A stretch of DNA of 62,433 nt, from positions 1-62,433 of the forward strand of contig JALMLS010000102.1 of the NCBI GenBank assembly GCA_038496445.1, given 5' to 3'. Made by a program: the position numbers and the translations under genes. Below are positions 35,935 through 47,596 of the stretch, in pieces; the stretch's first letter is position 1; each line of letters opens with the position of its first letter. Under the pieces are notes generated by a model. The model was given only the letters and a program-made list of their open reading frames with translations. It was not told the DNA's origin and searched no databases. Source of the stretch: Trichosphaerium sp. ATCC 40318. Lineage: Eukaryota; Protista; Tubulinea.

Positions 35935-38307
35935 CCTGACCACGGCTGAATGATAACATGAAGGCCCTTTTTTTTGAGTAAGTCTGAGCGGTTGAAACAA
36001 GTCGTTAAATACGTACAGTAGTGCGCATAGCGTTTGCAGAGCGTTTGTATTGTACACCTGTGAGTAATTCTGTCACTGTTATTTCATCATTACCATAGCG
36101 ATCATTAGCTGTGTTGGGCAGCACTGCAATCCCGCTGCCTGGTGTGTCAGTGTAGTTCATCACACATAACCGTTTAGTATGACCGAGGCGCCATGTCCAT
36201 CCTATCAGTCTCCATGTGCTGTCTATATTAAAAAAATGAGGTGTTAATACAAAAGAAGGGTTGGGCTAAATGTACCATAGCCAGAGAGCTTGACATAAGA
36301 CCATTCACCACATTTGAAAACAGGAGTGTTTAATATCTTCAACAGGTTGTAGTACTCCCTTACAACTCCAAAATTAGGCGTCTCTGCATCTGCACGTCTT
36401 AGTTGTATTGCTTGGTTATTTTTTAAGCCATACTCCTGACCTGTATGCCAATGGTTAACGTTCGGTTCTTTGGCATTTTACTGTTGTATAGTTTACCTTG
36501 ATAAACAAGTCGCATGCCAGGAAGAGTGAAAACTATTAAAGCAGCTGCCCATGACCGTTCTATACTCTGATATGCAGCAGCAGAGCGTGGTTCATCCACA
36601 TTTTCAGTGACTAGTACAAACAAACGTCAGATTCAAATGTAAAAGTTTAAGACTAAGCTGAACTAGGGTGTACAATGGCATGTTTTCTCTAGAAATTTGA
36701 TTGATTGGCTTGACAGGTACCCTCGTAAATTATCCATATGTCCTGAAAAAAGTTAGGAGGTGATTACAACAAAAAAAACTCCAAGTTTGAAGTACCATCA
36801 ATTAGAAGGTCGCTAACGTCTCTGTGATATACAAAGTTGAATCCAAGTTCTTGTAGTGATGTCTTAATAAGCGTAGGTAAGAATAAAACATGTTAATACG
36901 TGATCAAAGGTACCTGCCACGGCGCATAAGCTTCACCAAAAAAGATGAAGTTGGGATTTTTCTTTTTGACCTAACACGCTTTTCAATAAAACCAAAACTA
37001 CTTTTACCGGTGACGTACAGCTGTTATTGCCTCTTCCCAGAACTCTCCTTGAACATTCGAATCTTGGAAAGTGCTCTAATGGGTTTTGTAAGTGTGGGAA
37101 CAAATCGCTTTTTTTTTTTTTGACTTGCCTTCCAATTCATTTTGATTGCTTCGTTTAAACACAAGTGCGCCTAGATAGTTTTAAATATTAACCTTTTTTT
37201 GAAAAGGAGTTTATTGCGTACCATATCACATCTAACGCCGTCACAAAGCTCGGAGATACGTAATAAATTATCAATCATCATACGGCGTGTTTGTTGACGA
37301 AAATAATTGAGTTGAAGCGTATCTCTGTCACAAACAATAACGTCAGTTTTTTACTATTTTTTCTACAGTGATTAGACGTACCGCCAAGGCTCAGAACTAA
37401 CACCAGACCAACCATACGCAATATCTTCATGATAGCGATCTATAAAGGCGAACTTGTCAAAAAAACTACAAAAACGATTTTTTGCTCTTTTTCTTGAGAA
37501 CACACAGTTCAACATCATCACAAACTAAAACAGTATTTTTTTAAGCGTCATCTCATGGGATAGCACTCTATAAAACGCATTTTGGTGACTGAACAGTCTA
37601 AAATAAAACAACTTTTTTTTTGAATTTTTTTCATAAAAAGTCTCGGTACCTTTCTCTGGTTTGTACATTGGTGGTGTGTTGGCTGGTACAGTGATGTAAT
37701 ATTCTTTGTTGTGACTCCAAACTGAATCAATAGCTGTATTGTTAGGCACAAAATCAGCCATTAGGAACAAGCCCATGGCGTTTAAATCTACTTTGAGCAT
37801 CCTTATTTTCCAACGTTAACCACCAACAAAGTGAGGGATCTGAAAGTTTTTTCGCGTACTTAATATCGGCGTCCGTTCCCAATTCTGAATTGCAAACATA
37901 TTCTCTTATGGCGTATGGAGAACCTATGAATTTGTCCGTCAACGAAGTCTTCCTTTGTATAAAAAACGCGAACCGATAATATCCTCATCTACCACGTCGT
38001 GCAGATCCTCTTTGAGTTCTTCGCGTACATCGTCCTGCATGTCGAGTTCTCGACTCTTTGTTCCTAAACGCGGTAAATCTCCATGACGACGCTCCGTGAG
38101 GCTACTGTGCGTACCGAGCTCCCATAGCCCTACAAAATAGATAATATCGAACCCTCTGTCTTTTATAGCCTTAAACTCTTCCAGTGGTACATCTTTGAGC
38201 TTCAGAGGGCCTGTTCTGTATTTTTTTGATAAACGGTAAAGCCACGCTCGCAAATTTATCGCGTAGAGCACGGGAAACGTTGGGATAGGAAATCGTGGCA
38301 CTTCCAT
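35916..38307 (-). CDS. GH13 alpha-amylase-family protein (bacterial-like subgroup)
   Basis: GFDIIYFVGLWE; GS|PYAIREY; LMADFVPNN; CDGVRCDM|AH; GEAY; ENVDEPR; LPGMRLVYQG; GLHVIIQPWSGQIFQY*. Confidence 0.88.
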
Positions 38308-38444
38308 TCAACTGACCGAATTACAAAAACAAAAGCAAGACAATTTTGCTGAAAACTCGCATTTTTTCCGCAATGTTTTGTTCTTAGCTTTTCTGCTTTG
38401 TAGTCCGTAGGTACTATCCAAAACTTACTATTGAGCATATCTTG

Positions 38445-40099
38445 ATGTTATTTAGGGTACAATAGACTAAATTTGTACTAAACAAGCGACAAAGCGGTTT
38501 CTCCGCAAGTTTGATTGCTGCAATAGTACGTACACAAATTAATACAACGATTGGCAGTTGAAATGTAGCACGCGAGCATTTTGTAACATGGTACATTCTA
38601 CGCGGTACTAGTACCTTAATTAACATACAAACAGGCCATACGATTGAATGTAAGAGCCAAAATTCGAAAAAACGCAGCCTGGAAGTCACTGCATAACAAA
38701 GCTCGTCAACGCGTTATTATCAATGAGATAGGAAAAAAATTGAATGTCAAACACTTAGATGATTGGTACTGTACACAAATTGAAGATGCAGTTCGTCACG
38801 GTGGTTCTAGCCTATTAGTGCAAGTCTTTTGGTGGCTCTCAGGCTTACTTCTGTTTTCAGGTCCCAATACAATAGATCACTAGCAAAGTGTGTAACGAGG
38901 CTGTATCCTTTTCACAGCTGGGAGTTACGACGATTTAAGTACGTTTGTGTGGCACGTGTTGTGTCGTTACAAACTAGGAAATACCTAAACAACTTCCTTT
39001 TTAAAGACATGTCAATAAAATGATGTGGGTGGAGAAACCACAGCTGAGGCAACAGGTAGAAGCTGTCGCACAACGCTTGAACATCAAACATTTATCAGAT
39101 TGGTATAAAATCAAGCGAGACAGTGTATACAGGGATAAAGGTGGCAGAGCATTGCTCGAGTACTTATAGTTCCCATTTTTGGTCTCATCACTCACCGCTT
39201 TTGTAGTAAGTATGGATCTATCGTTCTCTTTCTAAACGCTGCAAATGCCAACTGGAATTTATTGAGGTACATCAATCATTCTGCTCCTTCGCTGACAATA
39301 AGAGATCAGTGTTGCACCGCCCAGGTACTGGACCGATCACAGATACGATTTGCAGCGGTTAATACAGCAATTTGTTTCTCGGTCTGGGTATGTCACTCCT
39401 TGTTTCTGACATACTAAACGACAATAAAAGGAAGTCTCGACCGATGTCATGGGGACAATCTTTAGCTGCTGTAGATATGCCTTATTATAGGACGTGGTTT
39501 GAGAAATGGTTAAAACAGAAACCAAAACAACGGTCAGATTTTTAGAATGACAAATACTCAAGTTGCTGACACACTGGCAAGGCTTCTCCTTCGTTGCATC
39601 AAAGACATATTCCCGAGCATGCATATTTTTGGGGAGCATTCAATTGGGACGTTTAATGCATCAAGAAGCACCCTGACAGTCGACATTTATGTACCAGCTC
39701 TTTCTCTGGCGTTCGAATACCAAGGTATGGTAGTAGACTGTCACAACTTCTAATACTTTACCAAGGTGAAATGCACTATAGAGATGGTATATACGTTCAC
39801 CACTCTTCGTCAGTGAATCATGTAAGAGACTTGTTAAAAAAACAGCAATGTCATAACCTAGGTACTTTATCACCAAAGTTCTGGGTTAGAAGTTAATCTT
39901 ATTATTTGAAGGTATCTGTCTCATTCAGATACCGTATTGGTGGCAAGGAGATCAATCCTCCATTTTAGCAACAATAGACTACCACGCTCCACACTTGAAA
40001 GTACGTGTACCTCCAGGTGCAATTCCAGTACTAGCAACAGACGAACCTCATAACGCTACTAGCCATAGTATGTCCGCTGGCTTCTTTTACACGTATTGA
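38445..40099 (+). CDS. WY-repeat protein (~3 repeats) with C-terminal PD-(D/E)XK endonuclease-like domain
   Basis: IGKKLNVKHLDDWYCTQ..GGSSLL; LNIKHLSDWYKIKR..GGRALLE|KYGS; VDIYVPALSLAFEYQG|EMHY..RDLLKKQQCHNL|GICLIQIPYWW. Start approximate. Confidence 0.82.
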
Positions 40100-40235
40100 T
40101 CCATTTTAGACGCTGTACTCATGACTGGTTGTAATCATGAGCTTATGTGATTCCACCCGTCGGCAGGTCCACCACAATACACATGATGGATGATTAGTAA
40201 AGATGTTCATTTATTACACATTTCGTAAGAGTTAC

Positions 40236-41366
40236 TCAAGTATTCTTGGTAGGTGGGGGATACAGCGCAGTGTACACCTTGTAAAGTTCCCAATTATGTT
40301 GTTTACCAGCTTTAATTATCTGTTCATCTGTATACTCAGTCTCACCTATCATCAAGTGTTCACGGACACGTGCTGCCATGAATGACAAGCACCCATCAGA
40401 ATCTTCGAACTGAGCATCAGGAAACAAGGTGTTATGATATTTTGTGAGCTGTACAAGGAAACCTTGTGGAACGAGCGTCGTATTAGTAATCCAAATGTTT
40501 ACTAATTGTGTAGTTGTGACGTACTTGGGTTTGGCTGGATGACAGGTCGTTGCTTGTGCACATATGTGTATGCATCCTGGAGAGGCATTTTCAACAGTTT
40601 CATTAGATAGGCTATGACCACTGAAGCCGACCTCGAGACACCTGCTTCACAATGTACTAACACACGGCCACTTTGTGATTTTATCTGATGTCAAACAAGT
40701 TAGTTGAGTTAGCTCAATTTAAATCCAATTTTCTTTTCTGAACAGTTGTGTTTTCTCACCCAATCATGTAATTGGTCAAATAGCCCGAACACGTCTGCAT
40801 CTTCACTGTCGTATATTCTAACGTGTTTGTGTTTAATCCACGACTGCTCAAGTGTAACGTCATCCATTGTAAGCGATAATACGCTGTTTAGAATATTAAC
40901 CTGTTGTTTTATCGTATTTTGCATAATAAGCGTGGTCTTACCTTGATATTTTGTATTCCTCGAGTAAATATAACCCCGTTCGTCCTGACAGATATACTTT
41001 GTCTCTACATATTTCGGACAAGCCTGACATGTAGCTGCTGAAACGTTAGAACGTGTAAGAGAGACGCGGACTTAGTTGTAGATAATAGATAATAGCGTAA
41101 TTTATTATTAGTGCGTTCAGAGATTTTTGTATTCCTGTCAAACTTCGCGAATTGACTATTTTCGTCGAAATAGGGAATTGACTCGTAAACATCTTGAAGT
41201 ATTTGTTGTCCTTTTAACCACGTGCAGTAAAAAACTATTTCAGTACCTGCTAGCACCTAAGTAGGCATGGAAAGGTTTAGCTAGGCAAACCCAAAAACGT
41301 GATTGTTGTTAATCCTTTTCATCGGGTCAACCTTGGAAAGAATGCCTACTGAATATGGCGACATTG
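40236..41366 (-). CDS. Dual-specificity protein phosphatase
   Basis: KVYLSG; IYDSEDAD; GRVLVHCEAGVSRS|ASVVIAYLM (HCX5R); RPVIQPN..GFLVQL. Start approximate. Confidence 0.85.
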
Positions 41367-41463
41367 CACGTTACAGTTACAGCCTTGTAGACGGATATAC
41401 GTTGACTTGGTATAACCTGGCCTGTTCAAAGAATTTGGTATCACAAATGTTGTTTTTATTTCT

Positions 41464-42459
41464 TTACATGAGCATAGTCACACGTTGACGTACGCGGGTA
41501 TCAAGCATTGGTTTGGATCTAGGTTTGCCAGCATCGTCGTATTCAATGAGTTCAGTTGTACGTAATCCGTTCTCTACTTGGAAAGAACAGCGAATCTGAC
41601 CATTGGCGTGAAACTCCTTGTGCTCTCCATTTTCCTTTCCATTTTGAAAACTCATTTCCTTAAACAATCGCGGTTCCTTTGTCTCGTACCACTCTTTGTA
41701 CTCTCCGTCACGTTTACCATTATCAATGCAACCCTCACTCTTTTTTATACCAGAGGAATACCATTCTTGAGAGGTGCCATGATGTACATAGTCTTTACAT
41801 TGAATACGAGATTTTACTTGTCCATTTCCGTAAAAACTTTTGTAAAGTTCTCTTTCAGAAATATACCACTTGACAATGCTCCCAGAGGAATCCCATTCTT
41901 TATATTCACCACGTTGCTTACCATTAACAAAGGTGGTAACCATCCTTTTCTTACCGCTTGTGAAATAAGCCGTGTATGTCCCGTGCTTTCGTCCGTTAAC
42001 GACTTTATAGTCTTGTATCAGCTTTCTGTTCCTGTGTATTCTGTGCTGCCCGTTCTCTACACCGTTGACATAGGTTGTTGTTGTTTCATCAATATAAAGA
42101 ACCTTATGGCCTCTTGTTTTTTTCTTCTGCCAGAGACACAATCCGTCGAGAATACCGTCTTTGTAGTGTAGGCAAGAAAGCAAAAAACCTACATTATCAA
42201 ATGTAATATGGTGTCCAAAGGGGACGTCTTCTTTGAATGTCCCTTCTTTCGCTAGGACCACGTTTTTCTTATAATATTGCTGGTGCTTGCCGTATCGCTT
42301 CAAATCGTAGGAATATCGCGTCTTGGCGGCTGTTGTTCTGCATAGCATTGGCCATTGGGTGTATAGCTGTTTCGTGATATCAAAGTCGAAGAAAGCGCAG
42401 TATAGCTCTGGAGGGAGTGATTCTAAGTTCATTTTTTCTCGTTTTAATGCTGTTCCCAT
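41464..42459 (-). CDS. Intronless F-box-like + MORN2 (YwqK-type) repeat protein
   Basis: Single 331-aa ORF. N-terminal LESLPPEL motif; repeats such as GEYKEWY..G and NGKENGEHKEFHANGQ. Confidence 0.85.
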   Translation of the reverse strand: MGTALKREKMNLESLPPELYCAFFDFDITKQLYTQWPMLCRTTAAKTRYSYDLKRYGKHQQYYKKNVVLAKEGTFKEDVPFGHHITFDNVGFLLSCLHYKDGILDGLCLWQKKKTRGHKVLYIDETTTTYVNGVENGQHRIHRNRKLIQDYKVVNGRKHGTYTAYFTSGKKRMVTTFVNGKQRGEYKEWDSSGSIVKWYISERELYKSFYGNGQVKSRIQCKDYVHHGTSQEWYSSGIKKSEGCIDNGKRDGEYKEWYETKEPRLFKEMSFQNGKENGEHKEFHANGQIRCSFQVENGLRTTELIEYDDAGKPRSKPMLDTRVRQRVTMLM

Positions 42460-42775
42460 TGATGCGACACTGCCTCCAGTATTCTCTCCAGATAGTCGTA
42501 AAACCTCTAACGTGTTGCTTCCCCGTTAAAATTACTTTTCAATGATTGTTTGAACCGCGACTTAGTACGCCTGTTGTGGCAACTTGCCACCTTCGAAAAA
42601 ATTATCTAAGTCTGTGCGAAAGTTACAAAACTTGTCTTAACTTTACAATTGTGGGCTTCCTACTCGTCACTACACTGTATTATTTTTTTACAAGGTAACC
42701 TTTATGTCGGTTATAAAAGTTTGTAGTCAGGTAGCTTGATGTAAATCAATTTGAGTAAACATATCTTAAGGTAAA

Positions 42776-45409
42776 TTATCCAACAACCTTGACACGTATA
42801 ATCTCTTCTGTTGTGAAGATAAAAGCAACTACTGCGAAAATTGCAACACCAATAGTAAATATTGGGTTGCTTATAATACGAACTGTATAAGACGTCTTTG
42901 ATTCACCTAGGAAACAAAGTAAGTAAAAAAACTTGATAACGAAGACCTCAGTGACCACATACCAAATATCTTATTGCATAGCCGTTGAGATTGAAAGTGT
43001 AGAAGTGCAGGTGTCTAAAAACAATCAAAAAAAAAAAACGTTTTTAGAAACACGTGAACATCACGTGAATCCAGATTTTATAACGTACCAAATACATTAT
43101 AATGTATCCTAATGTACCTGCTATTTGAAGTACTATAAAGGGCAACAAGTTAGAATGTTGTGAGAATAAAGCAAAATGTCTGGTTGAGAAAAAAAAAACT
43201 ACAACACTAATCACGTTTGACCGTGCCATTTTGAGTCTAGGTACCTAATTCAAACTTCTCTTCAAAAGCTGCAAGTACAATGGGTGGGAGTGCTGAAATT
43301 ATTCTGCACATTATCTTTACCCAGAGAATATCAGTCTCACCATCTGCTTTTTTAGTCCACCTATGTGGTAGAGACACAAAAAGATTATTCCCTAACGTCA
43401 CTGCACATAGAGGGTAGCAAGATGCCACACTCACGACTGGGAATAATATAACAATATACCGGATAATAAACGCCCACCAAGCAGTATGACCACTAAACCA
43501 AACGTGAGAATAACCAGCAACAGCTAACTCAAAACAAAAAAAAATGACGTACTTGTGTTCACCAAAATGGATCCAGTTAATTGATACAATAGGGTTAGTA
43601 TCTAACCCATAAAATAAAGCAGCTGTAACACCTAGTAGGGTATATAACACCAAGGTTGATAGAAAAACACCGCCAAACATTAGCCGCAACTTAAATACAT
43701 TAAGTTAGCTACAGTCACGAACAAAAATATGTTTATCACTGCGTACTTTCGACTTGTTGCGGACGGGATATACAAGCCCAGGTATACTGTTACATATGTG
43801 AGTACATTGTTGTAATATTTAACTTGCCTGTGATGAAGAATTTGAGAGAAGACGGCTGCTGGAAACATGACACCAAACCCTGAAAAGTCTGCTAGTTTCC
43901 TGTATGCGATATAAGGTCCACCGCTGTCAGTGTTATTACTGAATGTAGTGCTGTTTATAGATGGTTGGTGATGTTTATTATCACCTGTATGAATGGGATC
44001 ACCCTAAAGATGAATATTTTAAGAATTGCTCGAGATATTGTATTACAAATTAAAACTAGTTTACAGCGTTGACATTGCTGTTAAACGTTGTCTCACGACT
44101 ATTAATTTAACTCAAATATATAACTTACAAAAGGGTTCATGCCAATGGCGGCGAGAACTGTGGATAGCATTAAACCAAGAGCCAAGAATCGGAATATTGT
44201 AAGTGCAACTTGAACAATTGTCTAACGCAAACACACCTTTTGTCAGAACAAATACAACCAAGTACCAAAGTATGCGTACTTGTGATGTTAGATCCACACA
44301 AGATAAACTGACCACAATTACAGCAAAAATTGCACAGTAGAGCCAGTAGGCGTGAAAACAACCAGATGACCATAAAGCTAAAGTTTGGCTTCAAAAAGAG
44401 ATGAGGAAGGAAGGAGATGGATGACCAGACTCCCAGAAACATGACAGAGTATGGAAGAGTGTAGCGTACCAATTTGAAGATATATGCGGTAGTGGTACAA
44501 ACTCTGTCATACTATTACAAGAAATGAGAAGACACGAGAACAACTGGGAAAAAAAAAAAAAAAAAAAAAAAAAAAGAAAGATTGTTTCACCTTTGAGCAA
44601 ACACTACTGCGAATGACCACCTGTGTACTAAGTGTTAGTTCAAAAAAAATGTGATAGTCTTATTTATGTCAATATAAAATGAACGTACAATGTTGCTTGC
44701 ATATAGACAGCCAAAGCTATCATGTAAGCGTAACCTGCCCATTTCCCAAAATACATCTTACAAATCTCATTAATTTCGAACCTTTTCTTTGTTGTAATCT
44801 TAAAATCTTTCGAATCCTTTTCTCCATCATGATCGTCCTTTTGTATACAGATTAACCAACAATAATTTTAACGTTTTTTTGAGGAATTTGACAATTATGC
44901 AGAAATTTCCTTCTACTTACATCTTGTAGCAGTAAGTTTCTTTTTTCGGCGTATTTGTGATGAAATACGCGATTTGCTCGACTCAAAGCCTACAGGGCGG
45001 ATAAGGAATGATGATTTTTCTTTTTTTGGTTCGTATGCTATTAAATCACCTCTAGAGTATATATTACAGTAACATACGCTAGTGCTGACGCAAAAACGAG
45101 CGCTATTGTGCCTAGTAATATTCCTGATTTAATGTACGCATTTGGAAGTCCTATGAGCAATATGTCATGATTTTATGCGTAACAAGCTGTTTCTCAAGCT
45201 GTAATGAAAATAGTTATCTAATATTACCTAAAATTCCCGCTCCTAGCAAGTAATTCACAGCGAACGCGTCTTCAAGAAATTTAGAGACAAACTATGCATG
45301 TTTACTTCTACGTACAACCAACAAGCACTGAAAACTGTGGTACACGCTTTACTTGTACGGATTTATCCGATAAAAGGCCTTCAATGTCTTCAGAAGAGTC
45401 ACCTTTCAT
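42776..45409 (-). CDS. Amino acid transporter (Aa_trans/AAAP family, TMEM104-like)
   Basis: AFAVNLLLGAGIL|GLPNAY..SG; RFEINEICKMYFGK; FPAAVFSQILHH; FPVVSVASCYPLCAVTLGNNL; many TM segments. Confidence 0.85.
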
Positions 45410-45510
45410 TTTATTCTTATATTTGAGTACGCAGCGCAATAAAAGCCTCGTTGCGTTACTATTGCGTTTATAATTGACGTTGGTGGATTGTTAAGTGACA
45501 TTTGAAAGCC

Positions 45511-47596
45511 TTAAAAGAAAAAAAACGTGACAACGTTTGTCGTGATCCATGTTGTGAATGAGCAAGCTAAGAAGCACCAAACACCATCTCTAGCGAAAAT
45601 AAAGCGAACTCGGCCCATTACAGCACCAGGCATAAGTGCAGGTAGGCACATTTTTGCGCAGGTTGCTAATGCGAAACTGCTCAAGAAACTCTCCGGCAAC
45701 AATATCGCTGCTGTTAGTAACTCGATTGCACGTAAAGAATGCTCCTTGTATGCCTTGGGAATCATATCACCCAACAGTGGCGTGAGTAAACCATGCTGTA
45801 AGCGAGATTAGTGTCAATCAAGATGTAGTTTTTCGAAACTGTACCAAATATAGGAGCCAGTAGTATGCTCCGGCTATTAATGTGCACCACAGGCAAATCG
45901 AGAATTGATAATATACACATAATCCAGTGAGCATTGAGCTAGCAACAGGTATAGCCCATTTGGAACTTCGGATCGAAGGAAGCACTTGAGATGACATTAA
46001 TATACTTTCATCCATTTTCGATGAGAACATTAAAGTACCTTTTGGATAAAAAATCATGCCGCAGGCTGTACCAAAGTGAGCCATCATTGTACGTACGAAG
46101 ATAGGTGATGCTGATAGTAGGGATACAGTTGCAGCAAAGGTATATACCAGAGCGTTGCGTAGGGCTGTAAAAGATACAAGAGTGATCGCAAAACATCCAA
46201 GAAGTCCAATGAAGAATTGTTTTCTGGAGGCAAAGCAATAATTTGCTGCGAGGCCTATCAATCCACCAAAAAATAAGATAAAAAGATTACCACCTTACTC
46301 TGAATTAACAACGAGAAACACTCATAGGGATGTAGAAATTTTCAAAGAAAAAAAAGAAAAAAAGAAGAAAAAGAGATGGGATGTTTACCTAGAGACCAAA
46401 ATGCGAAAACAAGACCTATCAGTTGTCCGCTGCATGCTGCGCATATAACACGTTCTCTTTGTGTTATATACGGTAGTATAACTGGATTATTTGAGTCCTA
46501 AGGTTTTTGTAAGACAAAAGATAAATAGTCCAATAATTACATGCAATTTGCGCTCCGTGACGTTTCAGATAGTCCGCGGCTAATGCCCTAACTGCTTCAT
46601 CTGGGTCGTGTTGTGCACTATTACATAAATCTGAAGAAACTCGATCGGCAACCTTTTTTTAACACATGTAGTTTTAGTATTTATCACGTGCGTGATAAAC
46701 TAATAGGTACCTCACCGACCATTACGAAATGAGGAGTGTTTTGATTTTTAACTTTGTCTTGATGACAAAAGTAAGTAACAACAACATTGAAACAGAATCA
46801 AAGAAAAAGAGGCGAGAGAAAAACGTTTACCTACCTAATATTTCGTACATTTTACCTAGTGCATCAACAAGTGTGACACGTGCTTCTCCATCGTTTTCGC
46901 AAAGTAGTAGATATGAGATACCTCGTTGTATGTCCTCTACGAGTTGTACTGGTAGCTCTTCATAGTCTACGTATTATCCATTATCAGGCTTAAAGCTTTG
47001 TGGTTTTTTTTTGTTTGATTTTTTCTTCAAAGACAAATTGTCGAAAGTTAAAATACCAAAGCTGTCTTGAAAGGTTTCGAGAAGAACTTCATTTATTATC
47101 CTCTTTTTAGTTAGATAGTCTATTGCACGCCAGTACGCTAGTTTTATATTTGAAATGTTAAGTTTTAGATTGTCATCACGTGTCTCCTAGAGTCACCAAA
47201 ATTAACCCAAAAAGTCGAGAAATACCCGGCTGAAATTCAAACATACCTCAAGCGCCTGGCGCAGTGGCATCACTTCAAATTCTGACTCGTCCTTTTTGTT
47301 TTGGACTGCATAGTAACGAAAATCGCGTACATCCCACAACAAAGCCATACCAAGCGTTATAAGATAGAAAGTACTAAAACCCAGATAAACATCAGTATTG
47401 GCGTCCTAAAACACCGCAGCGTTGTTTTTTGGCGTCAAACGCATATTTACAAAAAAAACCCACGTGAAAGATGTAAACGTACTTGTTACTTTGGTAGTAC
47501 TTAGAAAGTTGATTGGCTAGTATTCCAGAGTATTTGAGTCTCAAAGTGTTTGCGCCCGATACTCACAATTCTGTTGTCTTGGTCAAACCAAGTCAT
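45511..47596 (-). CDS. Hypothetical multi-pass membrane protein
   Basis: Exons joined by GT-AG introns (AYWRAIDYL..., DYEELPVQLVEDIQRG..., ORFs 45818..46261 and 45511..45774 with several TMs). 5' end uncertain. Confidence 0.55.

Noticed and set aside
41578-42171. 197-aa antisense ORF and other shadow ORFs (e.g. 1079..1303, 17435..17713)
   Set aside because: They lie opposite well-supported genes and show no motifs of their own.
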